DNA of 60,972 nt, the filler included, from Gonapodya sp. JEL0774 (lineage: Eukaryota), in assembly GCA_027604505.1 (NCBI GenBank). It is 13 parts of 13 records of this genome, joined end to end, with 100 filler letters (N's around TTAATTAATTAA, not from the genome) between each part and the next. Parts side by side here need not be neighbours in the genome. Positions count along the whole stretch, not along the records: positions 32,959 to 37,552 come from JADIIX010000907.1; positions 37,653 to 42,242 come from JADIIX010000908.1; positions 42,343 to 46,931 come from JADIIX010000909.1; 10 more parts are not named here. One strand, given 5' to 3'. The notes beneath the pieces were generated by a model, which saw only the letters and a program-made list of their open reading frames with translations, was not told the DNA's origin and did no database searches. This document shows, piece by piece, positions 34,690-47,031 of the stretch (the first letter of the stretch is position 1; each line of letters opens with the position of its first letter). Both the position numbers and the translations under genes were made by a program.

Positions 34690-37450
34690 CACTCATTGGA
34701 TTGAAGAGTGGGCGTGAACCCTTGCGGTTTGACAGCATATCACCCTATCCTTCAAGATGGGTTGGAGATGAGCTTTCCGGTGTTCGAAAACTCTTTCCTT
34801 TGGGATGAGTCTAGATATCTTTCGGTGGCTTGAAGAGCAGGCATGGTCGTTTGAGAGCAAGTCATCCAGAATAGGGTGAAGTGCCTTGAGCTGACACATG
34901 ACACTGGCCAGCAGCTGAAACGTATCCACTTGATGAGGCTAGCAGGACTCTGCTTCATATAGTCGNNNNNNNNNNNNNNNNNNNNNNNNNNNNNNNNNNN
35001 NNNNNNNNNNNNNNNNNNNNNNNNNNNNNNNNNNNNNNNNNNNNNNNNNNNNNNNNNNNNNNAATGTTCAGGACCTGCATTTCTGTCTTTCACACTCTCT
35101 TCTCCCACTCGCTTCATCCTCCCCAGTCCCCTGCTTAAAGCCATCCTTCATTCTTCCAATATCTGTGGTTATTGAAACTCATCTCTTCTGTTCATAGGCA
35201 TGACTCACGTCTCCCCATTTCCCACAGCATATCCAATGAGTATTTTCTAATGAGTTAGTGTGCAGGTGGGGGTACACAAAGTCCAGGGGTTTGGCAGTCA
35301 GGTCATGGAATACTGGGATTGGCATCATGTAGTCACATGTGCCAGGTTGTCGAAGACTGTCATCATGCATCCGTAACCAGCATAAGTGCCTAATTCACTG
35401 GCAACAATCTGAGCAAGGAAGTAGTAGAAATGGTGGTGCTGTATAGGTTATCAGGTACTGGATGCGGAGGAGGGCAAGTACGAAGGACCCAAGCCCCAGC
35501 TCACACTGAAGGGGCGCGTTGTAGGCTCCAGCAGCTAAGATTGAAGGCAGAATATTGAAGGGAAAGAATCTGTGGAGAAAACCATTCGGAGCACCCGACT
35601 GCAAGGACTGCGGTTGAGGAGTGCTTTCTTTCTCCACCTCCAATTACATGTGAAACACTAACCACCTGCACCGAACCATTTCCAACTTCGCATCCAATCA
35701 ATTTTCATCTCTGCAGACTCCAGGGCACGATGCAGCTAGTGGGATACTTGGGGTTGTTGCGGAGATTGACGATGCGGCCCAAGGTGGGCTTTCTGAGGAT
35801 AATCAGTGATTCCGGGACGCATCACAAAGGTCTTCAAAAGCGATGTTGGATTTTTGAGGAACGAAGGTATCCGAGTGGGGTGAGAGGGTATAAGGGTGAG
35901 AAGCTGTTCCTTGACACAAAATGGTTGAACTGAACAACGCAGGAGCAACGTGGATCTACAATACCCGAGATGTGAGAGGAAGGAGGTAGACAGCCGGTGA
36001 GAAGTGATAAAATGGGTTTTCGACTGACAATTATCGGAAACTGTCAGGGTGTCATGTTTGTGGAACTCTTAGTGCATATTTTCACTTGCCAAGTTCATTC
36101 CGACTGAAAGCGTATCGTTCCTCGCATCTCAAACAGAGACTCAACTTCAAGGACAGCGCTGTGTCACCTCGTTCTAAGAGGATCCAACGGGCAACGTTGA
36201 TAGGTTGGTTATGAATGACCAAGAAGTTGCACAACAGATTAAATTCAAGAAAGAGCTCTTCCAATATCTCTTATGCTTGGAGGTGAGGATAACGATGTAG
36301 TACCATTTTTCTCTCTCAGGCGTCATAGAATACACATCTGTAGCAGGAGTACCGCGCGGTTGTTCCTGTGTCTGCTTCGGTCCATGCAGACACACTTTCT
36401 ATCGCGATTGCACTTCATCCTTCTATGTAGTCCGAGGTCCAGCAAAATCCTCCTCATCTTCCCGCCCACGCCTCTGATCCTACCCACCTCGTGGGTGGCC
36501 ACAAACCGCTGTAACGGTCTGCGCCGCGGGTTTGCGGTGCTCAGAGGCCAATTTGGCCACCAGTTTGGAGGTGCTCGAGTAAATCCAACTGATGGGAACC
36601 TCGCTCTCATGGACAGACTTGTGTCCCCAATCAAAGTCAGGTGCGTTGTAGACACTTTTTATGTTTGTGAATCACAAAGCAATATCTACGATTGTTACAT
36701 ACAGGTACGACCTTCTGGATCTGATGTCTTGCGTTTGGCATCTTTTCGTTCTTTCCTCCCTGCCTGGTGCCGCCTTATATATTCGCTTTGGACCATTGGC
36801 ACAAATTTCAACTATCACACCTCATCTTTCCATTGTGACCCGCCACCGTGCTTGCACGTCATTGTTCAATCACTATTCACGTGTTGTGTCCTCGTCCGAA
36901 CAAGATCTGCAAGATCCCTCAGACAAGCTGATCGAGCATATCTCGATCCCATCATCAATCCCCTGCGAACGGTCATCAAATGGGTTACCACGCGACTCAG
37001 GAGGCTCACTACTCTGACACTGAGCTGCGCGTGAGTGAAATGACCAGTCATTGGACCGCAAATTCATTGCAGTATTGCATCACCGCAATTCATTCCACTA
37101 TTACATAATATCCCCCCCGCCCCTCCAGCCCTCAGAACCCTTCGCTCGACTACCTAACCACATCCCCAGAGAATTTGAGCTTTCTACGATAGACATTGAA
37201 AGTCCGATCTATTCAACGCAGAGCATTCGGTAAGTGGCGGGTGAGTTGTCAGGCACTCGTCACGAATACTCACGAAAGCCGTGTTTCCCCACGCACGTTG
37301 ATGCGTACCATTACTTTAGGGAGTAGATGTGAAATTGTAGACGTCGACCGATACTTATGCTGGAACCTCGGGGCGGGAGACGAGCAAAGGTGGTGCGAAT
37401 GAGATGGTGAGCCAGCAGTCCGGTCCCTACACAAACACTGACAAAGAAAG
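34690..37450 (-). pseudogene. Decayed coding/repeat-like region flanking an internal 97-N gap
   Basis: Fragmented minus-strand frames with in-frame TAG/TAA codons, strong local CpG depletion at 35063-35460, and a scaffold gap at 34966-35062. No family recognised. Confidence 0.3.
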
Positions 37451-38528
37451 ATACGCACAAGAAAACCGTGTGCATCAATACACATCGCACAGTCACTCCC
37501 CCTGCGGCGAGAGGACTATTGTTGGTTGTTTTTTCTGGTGTGGTTAGTCATANNNNNNNNNNNNNNNNNNNNNNNNNNNNNNNNNNNNNNNNNNNNTTAA
37601 TTAATTAANNNNNNNNNNNNNNNNNNNNNNNNNNNNNNNNNNNNNNNNNNNNGATTTCCAAGCAAAGAAGAATGGGTTTGAGAAGGCAGAAAACTGGCAG
37701 AGTGATCTGAGCAAGAGCATGTGAGTTGATTGATTTGGCGTGTCTCCATTCGCCGTACATGCTGATCCGTCCTTGCGACAGGGGACGCCCACCAAGAAAG
37801 AATTGGCCATAATGTGGCGATTTGTAGGCAGAACCCAATTCGCAATGAGATATGATCGTTTATCGTAGATAATATTTGGTTGTTTTCAATTTCATTACTC
37901 AATCTAATGGACAGGAGAACACCGATGAGCTTCAATCGCACAACCAGCTAATGGTGATCCTTTGGTGATAAATGATGTCAATACTTTGTGATATATCAAG
38001 TAAGTTAAACACTAGCTTGATCATTCCTTCAATTCGTCGGACTGATGATCAGCAAACTGCAAAGGCATCCGGGCCGCCCAAGAATTTGTCGACAATACAG
38101 AATTCCGACTGCCTGAGATCAAGCACAAGGTCGCTTTCACATGGACCAAGATGAACGCTTTTCGAGAACATTCATTTGCGCGATCCAGATGTCAGAGTAT
38201 TTATTTACTCAGAACAGGCGACTCAGTTCAACGGATGAAACAATAACAAGGACCATTTAGGCCAGGCTAAGAGACGTACGTGACCAATCAGATATTCCAC
38301 GGATTTGCGTTGTAGAAAGCACCTCGCAAGCAGGTGTCTCCCGGAAGTGCTGTGGAGGAGAGCACCCAATGGTGGAAAGCACGACGAGGTCCTTCAAAGT
38401 AATATGTAGATACCAAAGATTGCAAGTCGATTTCAAGCGCATTTTGTGCAGTGACATCCCGATGCTGTGTCATGGCCGGTTCACAATGCAACACGATTTG
38501 CGAGACTTTTTCCCAATCAATTCTCACA

Positions 38529-39750
38529 ATGAACATCACCCATCTCCCAACCGAGCTGTTCGAACATCTTCTCTCCTTTGTCCCATACCGTGACCTCTTG
38601 TCCTGTGAGCTTGTGAGCCGGCAATGGCGAGCGATCGTGTCGGGATCGTGGATCGTCTGGACGAGCAAGCTACGCACTCAAAGGCCAAGTGAGTCCTTGA
38701 GTTCAATGCAACCATCCAACATGCAGGTTGAGAAGAAAGATCGTGAGCTTTCTTTGACGGATCGTGCTTCTGATTCCGTTCAGGTGCTCCGATTCCTGCC
38801 GTGAACGAGAGTCCCACAACCGCAAAGTTCCTCTTCGTTTCGTGGTACCTGGAGCACATCCGCCATCAGTGGCTGTTCGATGACATTGTCGCAGCTGGCT
38901 CACTCTTCTCACTCGTTCCGGTCGAACCCCATCGTACTCGATGGTGCACTCCAAAATCGCAAAGGCTGCTCCTTAAAGAGACGGAGGAAGCTCTCGGATT
39001 CAGATTTCCGGAGGGATTTCGATGGCTCCAAATGATCGCGAATGTGATATTTCTGTTCGAGGATGTAAGTAGCTTCGGGCGACTCTTGGCAGCCTCGCTT
39101 CAAGTACCGTCTCATGATCTGGTTCTTGCTCTGACAACCCAACCCGCCGCTCGATTTCCCACTCCTTCAAAACTGTCTAAAACGTCCTACGCTCTTTCGT
39201 GACTGTTGTGTAGCTTTCCAACGACCACAACGTTGAACTTCTCCACTTCAAATTGTTGCCGGACAACACCAAGGTTCTTCCTCACCACGAACACGAAGCA
39301 CGGGCTCATGGGACCCACAGCGCAGACATAGCGACTGCAGATCCCTCAGAGCCTGCCGTTATTGAATATTGGGCGGAGAAGGCGGGAGAGGGATTCGAGC
39401 CCAGCGATTTGGCTGACGTCCGGTACGCGATCGTCTGGACTCCGAGGGCGAACAGGCGTCACCAGCAAACCGAGGACCCGCCAGTGTTTGTGAGACTGAC
39501 ATTTCAAGAGCCTTACCTTGGCAACTATGTGGACCACCCCATGTTCCTCCACATGCCGCACCTCTCGGATTTCCTTCGGTCGACCGCAGGCAAAGGTCTC
39601 GCCATGAGAATCGACGAAACGAGAGAAGCGTGGGATCGCTACCACAGTGAATGGGCCACTCAGGCGAGGCGGAGGCACAGTCATGTGGATGATGGGACGG
39701 AGACCTTGACGCGTATCGTGGAAATGACACTGAACCCTACGGACGACTGA
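38529..39750 (+). CDS. F-box protein with an SMI1/KNR4 (SUKH)-like domain (3 exons)
   Basis: Exon 1 is the F-box ITHLPTELFEHLLSFVPYRDLLSCELVSRQWR. Introns lie at 38689-38783 and 39065-39212. Exon 2 has LKETEEALGFRFPEGFRWL (SUKH helix motif); exon 3 has DPPVF...HLSDFL. Confidence 0.75.
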
Positions 39751-40653
39751 CTGATCGGCAACCTCAGCGCATGTAGATGCTGAATAATTGCATTTCGTGG
39801 ACAGTTGTTGAGGTTGCGTCTCCTTTGAAACAGATCATGGGGACATGATGGTCGATGTGTCAACATACGCAATTCTAGCCAAGAGTGGTCGATGCGTTGA
39901 ATATGAATAGTTATTCACTTCGTTTGCGTAACGTTTGCCCTCGGATACAGGTTCTCGTGCTCTATTATCTGCTTCTGAAGGGAGGAAGTATTTGTCCACA
40001 TCCATGTCGAGTATGATCAAAACATAATCCTCGCCAATATTAGCGGGGTGCCCGAACCATTCAGATACGTCCTACAGATTTCATTTGCTTTAATAGTAAT
40101 TATCAAATTATAGAGAGGCCGTCCGGAGTCCAAATGAGCCGCGCGTTTTTCCGATTGCGTGAGTGTAGCACCTCGAAACTGCACCATTACATAATGGGAA
40201 AGCTTTACAAGGATGTATGCATTGGTCGAATAACAATACATAACGCAAAGGTTTTGTTGGAGCAGGCAACATTCCCCCGACATGAGTTGTGAGTTTCGTT
40301 CACTCGAATCGTAAGCGGCGACGCTTCCCTCCATCAATGTATCATCACAGGGTTTCGACCATTTCTACAACCGCCGCTTGAGGTGATTCCCACGCGATGT
40401 TACCCCTAGGGGTACCATGAGGAGTACGAGGTCCACTTGGTAGATGTAGTTTACCCGCTAGGTATTGGGCGCCGCAGCTGACCAAGTCCTCACGTTTGGC
40501 AACACTTCTGGTCAGGTGAGAAGGGCGCGAGAGGAAGCTCTTCTTTCATATTCGCTACTGTACATGCTCGTATTAGACACTTCTGGTCAGTGAATCGTGT
40601 CTAGGTGACACGCGAAGCCGAATTTTCCATAATCGCCATCGCCGATTCAAACC

Positions 40654-41331
40654 ATGAACGACCACGATCCAATCATCACACTCAACGTCGGTGGAACGCT
40701 CTTCACCACCTACACTTCCACGCTCACGACCGCGCTCGAGCCTGGATCCCTCTTCTCGAAAATGTTCACAACGGACCAAGATTACTCCTACAAGTTTCAA
40801 CTCCCTCGCAAAGACGGCCAGGGAAACGTTTTCCTCGACAGAGACCCCAAATCCTTCCAGGTGATTCTCAACTACCTCCGCTCCGGCGTGGTGGATGAGG
40901 TCGAGGTGGTCCGACTAGGCAAAGCAAGACTTGTCGGGGAGACCCAGTTCTTCCGTCTGTCAAACTTGGAATCCTTGTTGGCAAACATGCACTCAAAAGT
41001 TGACAAGGACAGGAATCAAGACCTCTTCGCCGATGCATGTGGTGTGATGAGAACTGGAGTGGAAGGCGATGGTGCTGGTACCAGGATACTCTGTTCTGAA
41101 ATGGCCCTTCCATCACCTTACTTTCAAACGGAAGATTTGGCTCTATCGGATATTCCCACAATCTTTGAGCTTTTCTCGAGGAGGACGGAACTTATTACGC
41201 GATTTGAGATGAACTCAAGTGACATTTCCGCCAGCTACCGTCTCATTTGCACTGATCATTCTAAACACCCGGGGAATTATTTTGGTCATCTTTACTACAA
41301 GAAACTGAATCCACGACGTAAGAGTGGGTGA
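40654..41331 (+). CDS. BTB/POZ (KCTD-type, BTB_2) domain protein
   Basis: IITLNVGGTLFTTYTSTL...SLFSKMF...FLDRDPKSFQVILNYLRSG...ETQFFRL. Confidence 0.9.
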   Translation: MNDHDPIITLNVGGTLFTTYTSTLTTALEPGSLFSKMFTTDQDYSYKFQLPRKDGQGNVFLDRDPKSFQVILNYLRSGVVDEVEVVRLGKARLVGETQFFRLSNLESLLANMHSKVDKDRNQDLFADACGVMRTGVEGDGAGTRILCSEMALPSPYFQTEDLALSDIPTIFELFSRRTELITRFEMNSSDISASYRLICTDHSKHPGNYFGHLYYKKLNPRRKSG

Positions 41332-41684
41332 CTACCCCCCACGATTGCACTGGGGGGAGAATAATTCTTGGATTTGTGAAGCTCCGTTGAGTTATTACAG
41401 TACAACACTCCTATCATGTCGTTAGTGCAGTCGATTTTAATGTTTCCACGTGATTATATAAGAGCCTTCGCTTAACGAGTCCATGTACAAATTTCTGTAT
41501 TAAAACGGTACGATTTACGGTATTGCGTAGACGCGGCCATCGTCATTACATGCAGAACCTGTCCAAGCGGTCCCAATTAGGCGTTAAAAACTGCACCCGC
41601 CTTTCCGCAGATACATGTGCAGGATATATCCTAACCACTTCCCACACATGCACGCCCCTGTCCAGTTGTCCACATTACCACCAC

Positions 41685-42242
41685 TCAGAACACCCCCGCA
41701 TTCTCCTTCTCCACCGCCCTCTCCACATACACCTTCACCAACGTCCGTCTCTTGTACAGTTCGGGATTCTCCACCGGCAAGTATTCGTACACCCCCGCAC
41801 CCTGCCTCCCCACCGCCGTGTGCCTGTGCAAGGCCACGGCAAGGTGCACCCCCGCGCGACGGACCGAGGACACGGGGTGGGCCATCACAGATTGCATGAT
41901 GGAGACGCACGTGGAGAGCGACGCGTCGTCCACGGGATCCGCGTCGCTGTCCGAGTCGTCGTCACGGTCCTCTCCGTCCGTGTCGGAATTCCGATCCGTG
42001 ACCGGCCGGGTAGAGCTCCGTTCCAGAATCGTGGAGAGCACCTCGACGCCGGCCGCGAGGGGATGGTCGGTCGAATCGTCTCCGTGAAGCCGGTTCGAGG
42101 CGGCCTGCAGGGCGTGGTGGTGTGCGGACTCGGTTTCATCGTGGACACCGTGCGAGTCCAGGAAACGAAACACAACCTTGAGGAGCGCACTGGATCGGAA
42201 ATTCGGATGTGTCACGGTGGAGTGGAGGGCCCATATGGCGGA
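41685..42242 (-). CDS. HEAT/ARM protein C-terminus resembling CLASP/STU1 (5' partial)
   Basis: HPVSSVRRAGVHLAVALH...RRTLVKVYVERA resembles the CLASP C-terminal SSVRKAxVFCLVAxH...KLLxLYIKRA pattern. Confidence 0.5.
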   Translation of the reverse strand, partial: SAIWALHSTVTHPNFRSSALLKVVFRFLDSHGVHDETESAHHHALQAASNRLHGDDSTDHPLAAGVEVLSTILERSSTRPVTDRNSDTDGEDRDDDSDSDADPVDDASLSTCVSIMQSVMAHPVSSVRRAGVHLAVALHRHTAVGRQGAGVYEYLPVENPELYKRRTLVKVYVERAVEKENAGVF

Positions 42243-43067
42243 NNNNNNNNNNNNNNNNNNNNNNNNNNNNNNNNNNNNNNNNNNNNTTAATTAATTAANN
42301 NNNNNNNNNNNNNNNNNNNNNNNNNNNNNNNNNNNNNNNNNNGCGTCCGCAGAGGGGGCGGGCGGAGTTGTGGTGGTCGGTTTGGCATCCATCAGAGTCG
42401 CCGACGCACTGTCGACGGGAATGCGATGGATGGTCAGCCAGCTGTGATCGCACAAGTTTCAAAAAGTTCAGTGGGGCATGTTGCTCAATTAATATATACC
42501 GAAACGCGTCTCACTTAATGAGGTACCGATCCCATGGACACCAACGGGGGACACGTGCTCCAATGACTGATTCGAAGGTCTCAACCGATTTTCTGAACTT
42601 CACAAACGCGAGAATCCACGTGATACGGGAATGTATTTTGCTAGCACTGATGGCTCGGAGAATCGTTCATGTACCAAAGAGTGAACCGGAGCTCCTGGGC
42701 ACTGCCGTTCCTGCGGTGTGGCTGAACTCATGTGCTGTGGTTCTTGCGCTATCTGACCCTCCTGTTATTATATCTAAGTCATGCTTAGTGGTCGGCAGTG
42801 CCGTTGTTCTATGTGAGAAATAGCTAGAATCAAAAGATCACGCGATATGCGATCGAGTACGTTGATTCGTGTTGGGAAATTAGAGCACACGACATCGCCG
42901 GAACAAGATTTTGAAGGCGCCATCAAATCAATGCATAAAATTTTGGCGGTGACGTTTCTTGTAACATCATTCAAGATATACGTACTATTTCTTCCATTTT
43001 TCTCATCTTCTGATACATGCGAAGAAGGTCGACATTATAGTACTGTCCTCGGCTCACCCCACGCGAC

Positions 43068-45070
43068 TCACACATTATACAAAAACGGTTTCACAAAAGG
43101 CAACGTGAAGTAGCTGTCATAAGTCAAGTCCACACACTTGCCACCACCCGTGGGTCCAACGTGCACGCAGTGGACCTCGGGCCTGAAGAATGCGAGGTTG
43201 ACGTGGATACTCCTGCACTGTATGCTGTCCGCCTCGATCTGATCGTGGTCGCCAAAGGGTTTGCCGGAGGTCAGCTCGATGAAGCACTGGGGTTGGCCGG
43301 CACCACCGTACACCTGGTTGGCGCCTTTGCATGCGGTGTCTTGTGAGATGCAAATCAATGCAGCGCTAGAGTGATGGAGAGAAAGCGATAAATCTCTCGT
43401 CACGGTGCGAGGAGCTGGTTGGATGAAAATCTCACAGAGCGGGTTGATCAATCCAAGTGGGCAGTCCAAGACCCACAATGTTGAAGAATGGGACCGTGTT
43501 CTGAACGTGGACGTCGTCTGCAAATGCGTAACAAAAGGAGCACGTAAAAATTGAATAAAAACAAGTTGTGAGATTGCGAAGCCATATTCTCGAAACAGGC
43601 CCGAGGCACACTCACATGCAGAGACTGCCCACGTGGCCGGGTCCACTCTCCAGAACCCCTGCACCCTGAGCGGGTAGTACGTACCCGTGACAGTGTTGAG
43701 CATCACGTAGTCGATGCTGGTGGCGGCGATGTTCCCCGTCTGAACGAACGCGTGGATGTAAAACTTTTTGATGACTGGAATCAGACCCGCGGCCGCGTTG
43801 GAAGAGTTCTGGCTACCAAAGATGCCGAACTGGTATTCGACGGTGTCCTCGGTGTTGTCGAAAGTCCCGATGGGCCAGATTCGTCCACCAGCGGGGTCGG
43901 CAAAGGTACGAGGAGGGACTTTGCCGGAGGAGATGATGGCGAGGTTGTTGGGGAAGATGGTGAGATTATATATGTTGAACACAGTCGCTTGGATCTCCTT
44001 GTACGTTGTAAACCGTGACGCGGGTTCAGAGGGGCTGGGAAGGTCCGTGAATGAAGGACCCAGCGGCTCAAAGTAGGCGGTGTAGTTGTAGGCCGTGCAA
44101 CGGCTGCCACCAGACGGGCCGAGGTTGGCGCAATGTACGGATTTTCGTAGCGGTACCAAGTTGGCTTCCATGGCACGGCAAAGAACGTTGTCGTCGCCCA
44201 ACAAGGCTGCCTCGCCGAGCTGTTTGAACGCAAGACCGACTTCGCAGTTGACGAGTGGCCACGGAGCATCCAAGCCATTGCCGCAGACGTTGCGGATCGC
44301 AGGACAGGCCTTGCCAATCATATCGTACAGCGACGGAGATCCCCAGAGCTCCTTGAAGTAGGCGTTCATGTTGACAAAGTAGAGATCATAGAGCCACACC
44401 CGAGAGAGTGCCTGGTCGTCGGCGAAGCGGAACATGCCCTGCGCGCGCAAGTACTTTGTGGCGCCAGTGGTAGGATGCTGAGTGGTGAATTCAATAAACG
44501 CATGGGCGACAGCTCCGGTGCTCGCAAAGGCGGAGATGTTGTACGCCGTGATGGCCGGGAAAAAGCTGAAGGATTTGTTGGGAGCGTTGGCACCAAATGA
44601 GCCGTAAAGGTAGTCGATGGTGTCGTCAATGTCCTTCATGCGGCCAAAGGGGGAAATGCGGCCGGTGACGTTGGCGGCGAAGGTTCCGTCGGCAACTTTG
44701 CGGCTGGTGAGGACGGACACTTTGTTGGTTGACACCTGAATAGGAAAGAAATCAAATCAATGGGATCAGACGCTCGCAACAAATTGACGGACATAGATGT
44801 TTATTTTCCAGTCACACATCCATATGGTTTGGCCACATGGCATGATCCGCTATGGTATTTTCCCCTCCAACTCACCGTGTAAGTGAAGATTCTGTTCAGC
44901 GTATCCAGATGCCGCTGGTACAGAACCGGCTCTGCAATCGACGCGGAACTACCGAAACTGTCGTAGTGGGTCGGCATGACAAAGTCGGCAGCCGACACGG
45001 TCTGCACATGGGTGACAACACCGATTGCGGACACAACGGCCGCCGTGGCGATGGCGACGAAGCTCCGCAT
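43068..45070 (-). CDS. Secreted protein made of two tandem units, each an NTF2/SnoaL-like region plus a Cys/His-rich module
   Basis: Signal peptide MRSFVAIATAAVVSAIGVVTHVQTVSA. Repeated motifs TFA...GRI.P.G...DT.[DE]Y.[YF]G and CR...L...R..VHC...GP.GG..C...Y..YF. Introns lie near 44736-44875 and within 43345-43620. Confidence 0.8.
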
Positions 45071-46182
45071 GATTCAGAACGGTCTGAGCGATGGGAATTT
45101 TTGGATCTTGGCTTGGAGGCACCATTGATCTCTCCGGAGGACATTGACTGGTGCAAGTGAGACATCCATCAATTTTGGCTTCGCCCAAAGTGCCAAGTGT
45201 ACCTGATGTGTCCTTCTGTTTGATCTCCCACCCAAACATGGTACCTTGTTTGTTTTGAACTGGTGCAAATCCACTCAGGAAAGCCTGTTCCCTTTATAGA
45301 TTTCGTTAGCTTCTTGACGCGAATCCTCAAAGATACAAAATTGGTGCAAAACAGGAATCGAGCGTGAAGTGAAGAAGATATAAGCCGAACAAACGTTGTC
45401 GGCGGAACACACGGTGATCGCAAGTTTGGGAGAGGATGCTGAGAAGACTTGCCGTTCCCTGACGTCATAAGCCACACTTCGTTCAAACCCCAAGTTGAGC
45501 ACGCATAACGATCCACAGAGCATCAGACATTATATGGCAAAGTTGCACCGTGTACACTGATTGCGTTGCTATCGGGGTGGGATATACTGCATATCGCGCA
45601 TAATATACTGGATATCATCTTTCCCCCATAATAACTGGGCGTACTCACCTGGCCCTTTCCCATTCGAGCATAAGTAAGCTATACAGTAAGATTTGATTGT
45701 ACTGTTGCTTTTATAACTGTAGGTCGTTGCAGTTGAATATCACTGACGTTCCTGGTGCCATGCAGCCTACCATATTACATTGTTAATGTTACCATATATA
45801 TCCTGAGTCTATTCCAAACAATTGCAAGTCAATTACTACCGCGCCCAATCAGGACATAATTGATTCCGCGAACTGAGGTCGGGAGGGGAACGTGACCGCC
45901 TGCGTGTTTTCGTGTGCCACCTTCAACAGGTTTTGCACAGCAGCGATTCCGCCATCTTGCGCCAGGCGGGTGAGCTGGTCTCAAAGAAGAGTTGAAGCTG
46001 ATTGCACTAAGCTGACGTTGCCGATATAGCTGCCTGGTGAGTGCGGCGGTTACGTGGTTTCACGGGTTGCGTTCCGATCAGCATCCTCAGGTTCTTTCTC
46101 CGCTCCGTGCTCTTCTCAAGGCATAACGAGCTTTTCTTCACTTTAGACTGCCTTCCTACGCCCCAAACGACCTGCTATCCCC

Positions 46183-46931
46183 ATGTTATCGACAGACCTG
46201 AACATCGAGCTTATCTATGCCGTGGAATTGGGAAGAGCCGCAGAAGTGAAGCGACTTTTAGAGGCTGGCGCGAATCCCCATTCGAGGAAAAAAGTGACAC
46301 TGACCGCCAAAATCCGGGGAGGGCGTAAGGGTGACTCTGTGACCGAATCAGAAACGGTGGAGTGTGAGAGTGCGCTCGCACTTTCAATCATCAACGGATA
46401 CCCTCACGTGGCCCAGGTGCTACTTCAAGGAGGCGCAAACCCCAACGCTGAAATTTGTTGGGTGACGGGCGATTTTGATATGGACAAAAAGAGGACCAGG
46501 GAGGACTGGAACACCAAGAGGTGGATGTGGACCTACACGTTCCCCAGCGCCCTCTACCTCGCGTTCGCTCGGGGCAAAGTCCGAAAGTTTGACGGTTTCG
46601 AAATGGATGTTCCCAACAGCGAAGGAAAACTTGGCATCAACAAGCTCGGTGGACACGTCCAAATCGTCTCACCAACAGTACCCGAGGACGTCCGCGTGTG
46701 GTGCGAGCTGCGACCCTCGCTGCAAGTCGTGAAAGTGCTACTTGCTTATGGTGCAGAAGTTACCGAAGCCATTCTCAAGTTCGCCGAGGTTGTACCCGAC
46801 CCTCGGTTCATGCGATTGATTTCCGACCATGTCAGCAGACCACAGACGGACGAACCGTCCTCTCCACCATCGTACGAGCATTCTCAACTCACCGTAGAAA
46901 GTGCTGCTGGTCCGTCTAATCCCTACACCCC
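46183..46931 (+). CDS. Ankyrin-repeat protein (3' partial)
   Basis: LIYAVELGRAAEVKRLLEAGANPH, SALALSIINGYPHVAQVLLQGGANPN and VVKVLLAYGAEV, with long inserts between repeats. Confidence 0.85.
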
Positions 46932-47031
46932 NNNNNNNNNNNNNNNNNNNNNNNNNNNNNNNNNNNNNNNNNNNNTTAATTAATTAANNNNNNNNNNNNN
47001 NNNNNNNNNNNNNNNNNNNNNNNNNNNNNNN

